Assembly: GCA_963821645.1 (NCBI GenBank)
Contig: CAWGEQ010000048.1
Span: 44,563-108,562, forward strand
DNA length: 64,000 bases
Direction: 5' to 3'
Origin: an uncultured delta proteobacterium
GTDB taxonomy: Bacteria; Desulfobacterota; RBG-13-43-22
The position numbers and the translations under genes are program-made. Shown here in pieces: positions 19,726 through 27,626 of the stretch. The notes under the pieces were generated by a model, which was not told where the DNA came from, did not search any database, and saw only the letters and a program-made list of their open reading frames with translations. The number at the start of each line of letters is the position of its first letter. The stretch's first letter is position 1.

Positions 19726-19782
19726 CCGCATGAACCGGATCATGTCCCTGGCGGGCCACTCCTGGATATGCATGCGTTGTAC
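19720..19782 (+). repeat. attC-like site (63 bp) after the 177-aa ORF
   Basis: GCATAAC (contains the stop TAA), then CGCATG..AACCGGA // TCCTGGAT..CATGCG, then GTTGTAC. The sequence is unrelated to module A but has the same architecture. Confidence 0.4.
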
Positions 19783-19828
19783 ATAAAAATCAATTGACTT
19801 ATAACCACATTGTATTTACACTGTATTT

Positions 19829-20137
19829 ATGTCTGAGATTCGCTTTGAATGGGATGAAAAGAAGCATTCTCTAAATATGAGAAAGCATGGAGTTTCTTTC
19901 AACGAAGGACAGACGGTGTTTGCTGATGAAAACGGTTTGTTACTTGACGATCCAGACCATTCTTAGGAGGAAAACCGCTTTATCCTTCTCGGACTAAGTT
20001 CCAGCCTACGCCTCATAGTCGTTTCCCATACCTATCGAAAGAATGATGCTGTTATAAGAATCATCTCGGCCCGTAAGGCGACTAACTCGGAACAAAAACA
20101 ATATGGAGAAGATGGTAACCATGAGAAAAGAATATGA
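19829..20137 (+). pseudogene. brnT: BrnT-family (DUF497) toxin with an in-frame TAG at 19964-19966
   Basis: The translation MSEIRFEWDEKKHSLNMRKHGVSFNEGQTVFADENGLLLDDPDHS*EENRFILLGLSSSLRLIVVSHTYRKNDAVIRIISARKAT parallels the intact paralog at 20613..20885. Confidence 0.75.
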
Positions 20138-20339
20138 TTTTTCCAAAGCCAAGAAAAATCCTTATGCGAACATGCTGAAGAAACATGTCTCCATAAGGTT
20201 AGATGAAGAAACCATCAAGTATTTCAAGGAGCTTGCAATGGGGGCCGGGATCCCCTACCAAACCCTGATAAACCTTTATTTACGGGATTGTGCGTCATCG
20301 GGTCGGAAGCTTTCTATTCAATGGAAAGAAGCTTCCTAA
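20103..20339 (+). CDS. brnA: BrnA-family antitoxin (RHH/CopG-like)
   Basis: KEYDFSKAKKNPYA...VSIRLDEETIKYFKELAMGAGIPYQTLINLYLRDCA. It overlaps the 3' end of the brnT pseudogene. An alternative start is ATG 20121. Confidence 0.8.
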   Translation: MEKMVTMRKEYDFSKAKKNPYANMLKKHVSIRLDEETIKYFKELAMGAGIPYQTLINLYLRDCASSGRKLSIQWKEAS

Positions 20340-20346
20340 AATATTT

Positions 20347-20411
20347 GCCCAACAAGACGTTCCACCGGATCGCCCGAAAACCGGGCTTCCCGGTGAACTC
20401 TTTCGTTGGCG
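20347..20411 (+). repeat. attC-like module A, copy 2 (best-preserved)
   Basis: R'' GCCCAAC (20347-20353), AAGAC, L'' GTTCCAC, atcgcccgaaaaccgggcttc-containing centre, L' GGTGAAC, TCTTTC, R' GTTGGCG (20405-20411). L'' carries one extra C relative to L'. Confidence 0.5.
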
Positions 20412-20556
20412 CCGCCTGCGGCGTTGCCCCTGTCGGGTCCATGTCCCGGCTGGCTCGCCCGGCTGCCAACCAGGCCATTGGACCTCGATGTCCCTCGCTC
20501 GCATGGGCCTTCGGCCCCCGCAAGCTGCGGGCCACGGGTCAACGCTGGATGCGGAG
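20412..20556 (+). repeat. module B, copy 2
   Basis: It shares the start ccgcctgcggcgt and the identical 62-nt core (20465-20526) with copy 1. The flanking stem arms have diverged. Confidence 0.55.
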
Positions 20557-20576
20557 ATCAGGTGATTACAAAACTC

Positions 20577-20605
20577 TTAGCATGATTCCAAGAACATGAT
20601 ATAAT
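20577..20605 (+). promoter_or_regulatory. candidate promoter of the second brnTA pair (near-leaderless)
   Basis: TTAGCA (20577-20582), a 17-nt spacer, then a perfect TATAAT (20600-20605). The brnT ATG at 20613 lies only 7 nt downstream. Confidence 0.4.
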
Positions 20606-20612
20606 CTGAAAT

Positions 20613-20885
20613 ATGAAAATCGAATGGGACCGGAAGAAGGCAAAAATCAACATTAGGAAGCATGAAGTCTCTTTTGAGGAAGCGGCCACCGCATTGAGTG
20701 ACCCTATGGCCGCAACCGGTCCCGATCCCGATCATTCAATTTCTGAAGAACGTTATATTACCTTTGGTGTATCAGAAAAAGGTCGGCTGCTGGTGGTATC
20801 TCACACTGAAGAAGGCGAAAACATTAGAATTATAAACGCTCGCAAAGCGAGCAAAGGAGAACGGGAACTTTATGAAGAAGGATAA
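20613..20885 (+). CDS. brnT: BrnT-family (DUF497) ribonuclease toxin
   Basis: MKIEWDRKKAKINIRKHEVSFEEA...DPDHSISEERYITFGVSEKGRLLVVSHTEEGENIRIINARKA. Confidence 0.85.
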   Translation: MKIEWDRKKAKINIRKHEVSFEEAATALSDPMAATGPDPDHSISEERYITFGVSEKGRLLVVSHTEEGENIRIINARKASKGERELYEEG

Positions 20886-21135
20886 AAAACCTGAAAAAGA
20901 CGAACTACGGCCGGAGTATAGGCGTTCAGATTTTCCCGGGGGCCTTGTACGGGGGAAATACACAAAACGTATAAAGGAATCATCAAATATCATCGTCCTT
21001 AAACCGGAAGTAGCCCGTGTATTTCCAAACGGAGATGCTGTTAACAAGGCTCTTCTTTCTCTGATCGACCTGGCCCGAAAAACAACACACCCAAGACGTT
21101 CCACCGGATCGCCCGAAAACCGGGCTTCCCGGTGA
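20872..21135 (+). CDS. putative cognate antitoxin; 3' end reads into the attC-like repeat
   Basis: It overlaps the brnT stop by 14 nt. It has the DELRPEY...VRGKYTKRIKESSNIIVLKPEVARVFPNGDAVNKAL pattern often seen next to DUF497 toxins. The last ~15 codons (HPRRSTGSPENRASR) are encoded by repeat module A. Confidence 0.6.
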   Translation: MKKDKKPEKDELRPEYRRSDFPGGLVRGKYTKRIKESSNIIVLKPEVARVFPNGDAVNKALLSLIDLARKTTHPRRSTGSPENRASR

Positions 21136-21183
21136 ACTCTTTCGTTGGCGCCGCCTGCGGCGTCGCCGATGCGGCAGTTAGAA
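21088..21183 (+). repeat. attC-like module A copy 3 plus a truncated module B, ending in GTTAGAA
   Basis: It is identical to copy 2 from gacgttccaccgg through gttggcgccgcctgcggcgt. The 5' R'' region carries a 3-nt deletion. Module B is cut to ~35 nt. Confidence 0.5.
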
Positions 21184-21322
21184 CAAATGATGAAAAGCAA
21201 GGCAGGGGAGGGCGTATAGCTCGAAACCGCGCTGGAATCGACGAGGGGTTAAGGGGGCTTAAGGGAGGGGGGAGATTCCCTGCGCCTGGTGCAGGGAGCT
21301 TTAAATAGTTATAAAAAATTAT

Positions 21323-21351
21323 TTGACTTGCTTATACAAAGGGGTTATCAT
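21323..21351 (+). promoter_or_regulatory. sigma-70 promoter upstream of the cold-shock gene (implies a ~155-nt leader)
   Basis: TTGACT (21323-21328), a 17-nt spacer, then TATCAT (21346-21351). Confidence 0.55.
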
Positions 21352-21427
21352 ATAAAAAATTAAATCCGTTATTGACCCAGTATGGTGTGAATAACGGTCG
21401 AAGTTGGTGAACAATTCGATGAGTACA

Positions 21428-21462
21428 GGCATCGGAGGATTTATCTTCGATGCCTTTTTTTT
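21428..21462 (+). terminator. terminator-like hairpin plus T8 inside the csp leader (attenuator or sRNA 3' end)
   Basis: GGCATCG (21428-21434) pairs with CGATGCC (21448-21454). TTTTTTTT follows at 21455-21462, about 50 nt upstream of the csp ATG. Confidence 0.5.
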
Positions 21463-21513
21463 AGGCAAGTCGTTATCCCAACTTGAGAAATACTTCAAGA
21501 GAGGAATAGGACT

Positions 21514-21717
21514 ATGCCAGAAGGAAAAGTAAAGTGGTTCAACGAGAACAAGGGTTTTGGCTTTATTGAAGTTGATGGTCAGGATAAAGACGTTTTTATT
21601 CACCATTCAGCCATCAGTATGGCGGGATTTAGAACCTTGGAAGAGGGCCAGCGGGTTAGCTTTGACATCGAGCAGGGCAAAAAAGGCCCAGCCGCAGTCA
21701 ATGTAACGATCCTGTAG
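21514..21717 (+). CDS. cspA: cold-shock protein (CspA family)
   Basis: 67 aa with RNP1 KGFGFI and RNP2 VFIHHS motifs. Confidence 0.92.
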   Translation: MPEGKVKWFNENKGFGFIEVDGQDKDVFIHHSAISMAGFRTLEEGQRVSFDIEQGKKGPAAVNVTIL

Positions 21718-21742
21718 CCTTTCGTTAATCACGAAAAAAGCA

Positions 21743-21775
21743 AAGGGGGTGAATGAAAATTCACCCCCTTTTTTA
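21743..21775 (+). terminator. rho-independent terminator of csp
   Basis: GGGGGTGAA (21745-21753) pairs with TTCACCCCC (21760-21768), followed by a T6 run. Confidence 0.75.
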
Positions 21776-21969
21776 TTCCTTAACCCAAATCCCCTGTTTT
21801 ATCCCTGTCCATTCCTTTTCCGTATTAAGATCTCATGCCCGCTTGAAGCGGGCACCGACGAAGCATGAAAATAAAACTTAGTATCAACGGGTTAAACGTT
21901 TTTATTCTGAATTCTGACTCCTGAATTCTGGATTCTTGGGTTTTATTTTCGAACTAAGATCCATCCGGA

Positions 21970-22410
21970 TCATCCCTTCTTCTTGAGCGTTTCTTCTATC
22001 TGATCAAGATGCATTTTGCGATGCTCGGATCGGTAGAGCCGGTGTTTTTCTCCGAGGCTTTCGATGGCGGCAATCAGCTCGTCAGGGGCTTCTTCCAGTT
22101 CCCGGTCTATGGCCTCGGTCGATGAAACGGCCAGGTCGGCAGCCGCCCTGGGCGGGAGGGCCAGCCAAAGGGGAAGGAGCGATTCATTGATGACATCGAT
22201 GTCGATCGGGCAGGGGGCCACCCCGTCCTCCTCCCATTTCCGCATCAGGACCAACGACCGCTGGTCCCAAAAAGCCAGATGGGCCAGGGCCACGGCCACC
22301 GTCCAGTCGGTCCCCAGTGGATGGCTGAGATCTTCGTCGGTCAAGTTTCCGACAAGGGAACGGAGCCTTTTCCGTTCTCTGGCATTCTCGTCCACAAAGG
22401 GTCGATCCAT
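21970..22410 (-). CDS. DinB-superfamily (DinB_2 / maleylpyruvate-isomerase N-terminal-like) protein
   Basis: 146-aa four-helix-bundle-like protein with conserved His positions (LAHLAFWD ... SEHRKMHLDQI). Confidence 0.55.
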   Translation of the reverse strand: MDRPFVDENARERKRLRSLVGNLTDEDLSHPLGTDWTVAVALAHLAFWDQRSLVLMRKWEEDGVAPCPIDIDVINESLLPLWLALPPRAAADLAVSSTEAIDRELEEAPDELIAAIESLGEKHRLYRSEHRKMHLDQIEETLKKKG

Positions 22411-22522
22411 AATCCCTCCTTTTTTTGATTATTGATAGATATAGAATAGTACCAATTCCTTTTCCTTTGGGAAACAAAAAATATCTGTTGAAAAAAAACT
22501 GGAATACGATAGCATACTTTCC

Positions 22523-23917
22523 ATGCCTTCCAAAACCATCCAGGATCTGCAGGAAAAAATAGAATTTTACGAACGGGTGCTGGATAACATTCGTAACGGG
22601 GTGATGATCACCGACCCCAAGGGCAAGGTCATCTTTTTCAGCCGGACCTATGGGAATTTTTTGGGGGTCGATCCCCAAAAGGTCATGGGCAAACACTGCC
22701 GCGAGGTGGTGGAACATACCCGGATGGATGTGGTGGCCCGGACGGGCATACCGGAGATCAACCATCCTCATCGCATCAAAGGCCGGGATATGGTGGTTCA
22801 GCGGATTCCCATCCAGAAGGACGGCAAGGTCATCGCCGTCTACGGGCAGGTGATGTTTGAAGATATCCGCGATGTCCAGACCCTGGCCAAAAAATTGAAT
22901 TTTTTGGAATCCAAGATTGAGCTCTATGAAAAGGAATTGGTCAGCCTGCGCTCTTCCAAATATACCTTCAATCATATCGTCGGGAAAAGTCCGTCCATCA
23001 TGGAGTTAAAAAAGATCGCTCAAAAGGCGGCCAAGACCAATGCCGCGGTGTTGATCACGGGGGAAAGCGGTACGGGTAAGGAGCTGTTTGCCCATGCCAT
23101 CCATCATGCCAGCCACCGCAGGGCCTTTCCCTTTGTCCGTTTGAATTGTGCGGCCATTCCCAGGGATCTGTTGGAAGCCGAGCTGTTCGGCTATCAGCCC
23201 GGGGCTTTTACCGGAGCGGGGAACCGGGGAAAACCGGGCAAATTTGAGCTGGCCCACCAGGGGTCCGTCTTCCTCGACGAAATCGGGGACCTTCCCCTGG
23301 AAATGCAGCCCAAGCTGCTTCGGGTCATAGAAGAGAAAGAGACCGAGCGTCTGGGCGGGACCCGGGTCTTTAAATCCGATTTTCGCTTGATCACCGCCAC
23401 GCATGAAAACCTGGAAAAATTGGTCCAGGAGGGCCGTTTTCGAAAAGACCTCTATTACCGTTTAAATGTCATTCCCATTAACCTGTCCCCTTTAAGGGAA
23501 CGAAAAGAGGACATTATCATCTTGGTCCATCATCTGATTGAAATCCTGAACCGGGATTTGGGCTTGAATGTTACTCGACTGGCCCCGGAAGTTCTCCGTT
23601 GTTTTGAAAACTACCATTGGCCGGGAAACGTCCGGGAATTGGCCAACATTTTGGAAAGAATCCTTTATTCCCTGGATGGGGATACCATCGAACGGCATCA
23701 CCTCCCCATCTTTCTGCAAAATAGCGGTCAGGGAATTTCTCGATCCCCCAATGCCTCTCTAAAAAGAGTTAAGGACGAGACGGAAAAGGAGACCCTCCTG
23801 CAAGCCCTTCAGCAATCCAAAAATAATAAAAACAAGGCCGCCCTGGCCTTGGGGATCCACCGGACGGCCTTGTATAAAAAAATAAAAAAATATCAGATTC
23901 CCTTACAACCTTCTTAA
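22523..23917 (+). CDS. sigma-54-dependent transcriptional activator (PAS - AAA+ - Fis HTH)
   Basis: N-terminal PAS domain, Walker A GESGTGKE, GAFTGA loop (YQPGAFTGA) and C-terminal HTH AALALGIHRTALYKKIKKY. Confidence 0.9.
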   Translation: MPSKTIQDLQEKIEFYERVLDNIRNGVMITDPKGKVIFFSRTYGNFLGVDPQKVMGKHCREVVEHTRMDVVARTGIPEINHPHRIKGRDMVVQRIPIQKDGKVIAVYGQVMFEDIRDVQTLAKKLNFLESKIELYEKELVSLRSSKYTFNHIVGKSPSIMELKKIAQKAAKTNAAVLITGESGTGKELFAHAIHHASHRRAFPFVRLNCAAIPRDLLEAELFGYQPGAFTGAGNRGKPGKFELAHQGSVFLDEIGDLPLEMQPKLLRVIEEKETERLGGTRVFKSDFRLITATHENLEKLVQEGRFRKDLYYRLNVIPINLSPLRERKEDIIILVHHLIEILNRDLGLNVTRLAPEVLRCFENYHWPGNVRELANILERILYSLDGDTIERHHLPIFLQNSGQGISRSPNASLKRVKDETEKETLLQALQQSKNNKNKAALALGIHRTALYKKIKKYQIPLQPS

Positions 23918-24115
23918 AGTATCTTCTTTTTTCTATATGTAGTTTTTTATCTACTCTTATAAGAATCATTCGGAATTGCTCATGTTTTTTTGAATTCTCC
24001 ATTAAGTATAGCTTTTTATCTACATTAAAGATTCCCAAGGCGAAATCCCTTTTAAGATTTTCTTGAAAAATTCTTTTATTTTTTATGGATTTGTAAAAAG
24101 GTAAAATCAGCTTTA

Positions 24116-24146
24116 GACGTCATTCCGGCGAAGGCCGGAATCCAGG
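24116..24146. repeat. REP-like palindromic element (single copy)
   Basis: gacgtcattccggcgaaggccggaatccagg. It belongs to the same family as 53214-53292 and 60948-61024. A degenerate copy lies at 31702-31730. Confidence 0.6.
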
Positions 24147-24257
24147 AATATTAAACCCTTCTGGACCCCGGCTGTCGCCGGGGTGACGGTTCTGTCTGAG
24201 TTATTATGAGTCTCTCCTCTTTGGTTGGTCGGGTGTTTTTTGAACAAACGGATGGCT

Positions 24258-24273
24258 TGGCCTGCATCTTGCT
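24258..24273 (+). promoter_or_regulatory. sigma-54 (-24/-12) promoter
   Basis: TGGCCTGCATCTTGCT matches the consensus TGGCACG-N4-TTGCW, with GG and GC spaced by 10 nt. It lies 45 nt upstream of ATG 24319 and downstream of the EBP gene. Confidence 0.6.
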
Positions 24274-24318
24274 CACTATAAATAGAGTTTCTAAAAAACC
24301 AAAGCAAGGACGAGATTT

Positions 24319-25191
24319 ATGCGCCTGAGTAAAGACCTGATGGAACCGGTGATCAAGAAAGAGGATATCATGATCCTTTCCGACCCGGATTTTAATCCCG
24401 GTCATGTCTGTCTGGTGACCGGGGCCGCCGGAGGGATCGGCCGGGCCACGGCCGTGGCCGCCGCGGCCAATAACCTGATGACCGTGGGTTTGGATATCGA
24501 CGAAAAAGAGGGAAACAAGACCCAGAGACTGGCCCGGGAAATGGGCGGCCAGATGATTTTTATCAAGGCCGACCTGACCCATGATGAAGACCTGAAACAG
24601 GCCGTTTCCGAGGCGGCCAAGCTCGGGTCCATTAAATTCCTGGCCAATATTGCCGGTATTCAGCATATCGATTGCGTCGAAAACTTCCCCATGGAAAAAT
24701 ATGATTATATGCAGCGGCTCATGCTGCGCGCCCCTTTTTATTTATCCCAATTGGTGATCCCCCATATCAAAAAAAGCAAAAACGGGACCGGGGCCATCGG
24801 GGCCATGGCCTCCATCCACGCCCACATCTGCACCCTGAACAAACCGGCCTATAATGTCATGAAATTCGGCTTGCGGGCTTTGACCCAGTCTTTGGCCGCC
24901 GAGGGGATGGGCAAGATCCGGGCCTTTTCAGTCAGCACCGGTTTTGTCAAAACAGCCCTGACCTTGAAACAGATTCCCATCCAGGCCAAGCAGCGAGGCA
25001 TCAACCCGAAAGAGGTGGTCCAGGATGTGATGCTGGGCAATTCCCGGGTAAAGGAAATGATGACCCCCCTTGAGGTGGCCAATTTATTCCTTTTCGGATT
25101 TTCCCGGTTTGCCAAATACCTGGTCGGCGGCGACCTGCTCTTTGACGGCGGTATGGTCTTAACCTATGCCGAGAAAAAAACGGGGAAGTAA
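24319..25191 (+). CDS. short-chain dehydrogenase/reductase (SDR) family oxidoreductase
   Basis: Cofactor motif TGAAGGIGRA, with a catalytic S...YxxxK-like region (YNVMKFG). Confidence 0.85.
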   Translation: MRLSKDLMEPVIKKEDIMILSDPDFNPGHVCLVTGAAGGIGRATAVAAAANNLMTVGLDIDEKEGNKTQRLAREMGGQMIFIKADLTHDEDLKQAVSEAAKLGSIKFLANIAGIQHIDCVENFPMEKYDYMQRLMLRAPFYLSQLVIPHIKKSKNGTGAIGAMASIHAHICTLNKPAYNVMKFGLRALTQSLAAEGMGKIRAFSVSTGFVKTALTLKQIPIQAKQRGINPKEVVQDVMLGNSRVKEMMTPLEVANLFLFGFSRFAKYLVGGDLLFDGGMVLTYAEKKTGK

Positions 25192-25270
25192 AAAGATATT
25201 TTTTTCAGGTTCATCAAAAATTTTTTTGGTGTAATAAAAAAAACTTTTTAAGCTCGAAGGAGGAAAAAAA

Positions 25271-26551
25271 ATGAAAAGAACGGCCTTATTGACAGTTGTT
25301 TTTTGTTTAGTGGCATTCTTAACGGCCTCGATGGTCCTGGCCCAGGCCAAGGCTCCGGCCAAAAAGGCCGCCGAAGCGGCCATAAAAACCGGGGCCAAAG
25401 ATGCCATCCGTTTGGGGGCCATCTGGGACTTTGCCGGACCCTGTTACATGCTTTCCGAGTCGGCCGTCCAGGGTATGCGGATCGCCGTGGAAGAGATCAA
25501 TGCCAAGGGGGGCGTCCTGGGTAGAAAATTCGACCTGATCGTCCGGGATACGGAGATGAAGGTCGATGTGGGGGCCAGGGAAACCAAGGACCTGATCCTG
25601 CGTGAGAAAGTCAATTTCCTGGTCGGGCCATGCAGCAGCGGGGTGGCCTTGGCGGTTCAGGTGGTTCATGCCGAGAATAAAATTTTGCGGGTCACCTGTA
25701 TGGCTAATACCGAGGCTCAGGTGGTCGATAAATTCACCCCTTACGTGGTCCAAGTAGTTCCCAATACCTACATGGAGGCCGTGGCCGCCACCCAGTTCCT
25801 GCATAAGAAATATCCCCAGGCCAAAAAATTCTGTACCATTGCCCCGGATTATGAATACGGCCGCCGGGAAGAAGCCGCCTTTGAGGAAGAAATTAAAAAA
25901 CTGGTGCCCGATGCCGAAATCCTTTATCAGGCCTGGCCCAAGCCCGGGGAAAAAGATTTAACTTCTTTCATCACCGCCATTATGGCCAAGAAGCCCGATG
26001 CCGTCCACAGTTCCTTTTTCGGTGGAGACTTAGTGGCCTTTACCAAACAGGCCGCCCCTTACGGCTTTTTTGAAAAGATCCCCTTTATCGCCCTCTATGA
26101 CCTGCCGGTCTTTATCGCCCTGGGGGCCGATGCCCCGGAAGGGGTTATGGCTTTCGGTCGGGGGTGTTTCTTCATGGACCCCAATCCCAAGATGATGCAA
26201 TTCGTCGAGAAATATCGAAAGGCCCGCGGCGCCTATCCGGATTCCTGGGCGGTCATGGCCTATGATTCGGTTTATCTGATCAAGGCCGCCGTGGAAAAGG
26301 CCAAATCGGTCGATACCGATAAGGTCATCAAGGCCATGGAAGGGATGACCCTGGACAGTTTACGGGGCAAATTTTTCATCCGGCCTTTGGACCATATGGG
26401 CAGTGTACCCTGCTATCAGGGGATCATCGCCAAGGACCCCAGATATCCATTCAAAATTTGGAAGGATATCGTGCGGGTCCCTGGAGATAAGGTCTGGCGG
26501 TCCGAAGCCGGTGTGCGGGAAATCTGGAAAAAGACGGGGGTGGTCCGATAA
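25271..26551 (+). CDS. ABC transporter substrate-binding protein (LivK / Peripla_BP_6 type)
   Basis: Signal peptide (MKRTALLTVVFCLVAFLTASMVLAQA) and a type-I periplasmic-binding fold length of 426 aa. It heads the Liv-type permease/ATPase genes. Confidence 0.85.
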   Translation: MKRTALLTVVFCLVAFLTASMVLAQAKAPAKKAAEAAIKTGAKDAIRLGAIWDFAGPCYMLSESAVQGMRIAVEEINAKGGVLGRKFDLIVRDTEMKVDVGARETKDLILREKVNFLVGPCSSGVALAVQVVHAENKILRVTCMANTEAQVVDKFTPYVVQVVPNTYMEAVAATQFLHKKYPQAKKFCTIAPDYEYGRREEAAFEEEIKKLVPDAEILYQAWPKPGEKDLTSFITAIMAKKPDAVHSSFFGGDLVAFTKQAAPYGFFEKIPFIALYDLPVFIALGADAPEGVMAFGRGCFFMDPNPKMMQFVEKYRKARGAYPDSWAVMAYDSVYLIKAAVEKAKSVDTDKVIKAMEGMTLDSLRGKFFIRPLDHMGSVPCYQGIIAKDPRYPFKIWKDIVRVPGDKVWRSEAGVREIWKKTGVVR

Positions 26552-26656
26552 TACTGGATGCTGGATGCTTGATACTCGGATACTGGATATTGATCTGGAT
26601 GTTATGTCATGAAAATACCTCGAGGATCGGGATTTAATCCAGTATCCGTACATGAC
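26552..26656 (+). repeat. GGA-rich 7/8-nt-periodic tract plus its inverted partner, between the SBP and permease genes
   Basis: tactggatgctggatgcttgatactcggatactggatattgatctggatg. CGGATACTGGAT (26577-26588) pairs with ATCCAGTATCCG (26637-26648). There are 7 GGA motifs in ~85 nt. Confidence 0.55.
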
Positions 26657-26741
26657 GCTCCAAGCGTCGAGGTCAATTGGACCCGAAGATCTTAGAAGAA
26701 GTAATTCGATATAGAACTCGAAGTTTATTAGGATACTCCGC

Positions 26742-27624
26742 ATGTCCTTTGATGTCCTTTTCAACCAGTTTCTAAGCGGGATAGCCCGGGGCGCCTTGTT
26801 GTTCCTGGTAGCCTCGGGCCTTTCCCTGACCTTCGGGGTCCTGAGGGTATTGAATTTCGCCCATGGATCTCTTTATATGTTGGGGGCCTTTATTGCCTAC
26901 AGCATCTGGAAATGGCTCCTGATCCCGGTTGTCGGGTTTTATGTGGCCACCGTGCTTAGCGCCCTGATCATGGGCGGTATCGGGCTTTTGATCGAATACT
27001 TTATCTTGAGACGCCTTTACTCCCGGGGTTGGCCCGAGCAGCTCCTGGCTACCTATGCCCTGATCCTGATCATCACCGATATCGTCAAATGGTTCTGGGG
27101 AGGAGAATTTCTTTCTATCCCCAGACCCCAACCGTTTGCCGGAGCGGTCTCTCTCTTCGGATTTCCCTTTCCTTCGTATAACTTTTTCATCATCCTTTTA
27201 GGACTGGCTCTGGTTGTTTTCCTCTGGTGGCTGGTCTACAAGACCCGCCTGGGCGACATCATCCGGGCCGCGGCCCACGACCGGGATATGGTCTCGGCCC
27301 TGGGGATCCCTATCCCCTGGCTCTTTACCTGTATCTTTGTCCTGGGCGCTTTTATCGCCGGTTTAAGTGGAGCAGTGGTCGCTCCTTATGGGGCCATCGC
27401 CCTGGGCATGGATATCGACATTATTATCGAGTGCTTTGCCGTGGTGGTCATCGGCGGCATGGGAAGCTTGCCGGGAACCCTTGCTGGGGTCCCTGATCGT
27501 CGGCCAGGTCTATTCCTTCGGCATCATGTATAAACCCGAGCTGGCCCTGGCCTTTATCTTCATGGTCATGGCCATAGTCCTGATCATCCGCCCCTGGGGG
27601 ATTTTCGGAAGGCCGGAACGCTAA
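26742..27624 (+). CDS. branched-chain-amino-acid-type ABC permease (LivH type), frameshifted near 27474-27482
   Basis: ORF 26742..27533 ends out of frame after VVIGGMGSLPGT. ORF 27367..27624 supplies the expected continuation LLGSLIVGQVYSF...RPWGIFG. Confidence 0.8.
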
Positions 27625-27626
27625 GC

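Noticed and set aside
18956-21183. Possibility that the ~65-230-bp repeats form a CRISPR array.
   Set aside because: The repeats are too long and internally palindromic. Spacing is irregular (0.6-1.1 kb), and the intervening segments are complete protein-coding genes. No cas genes are present.
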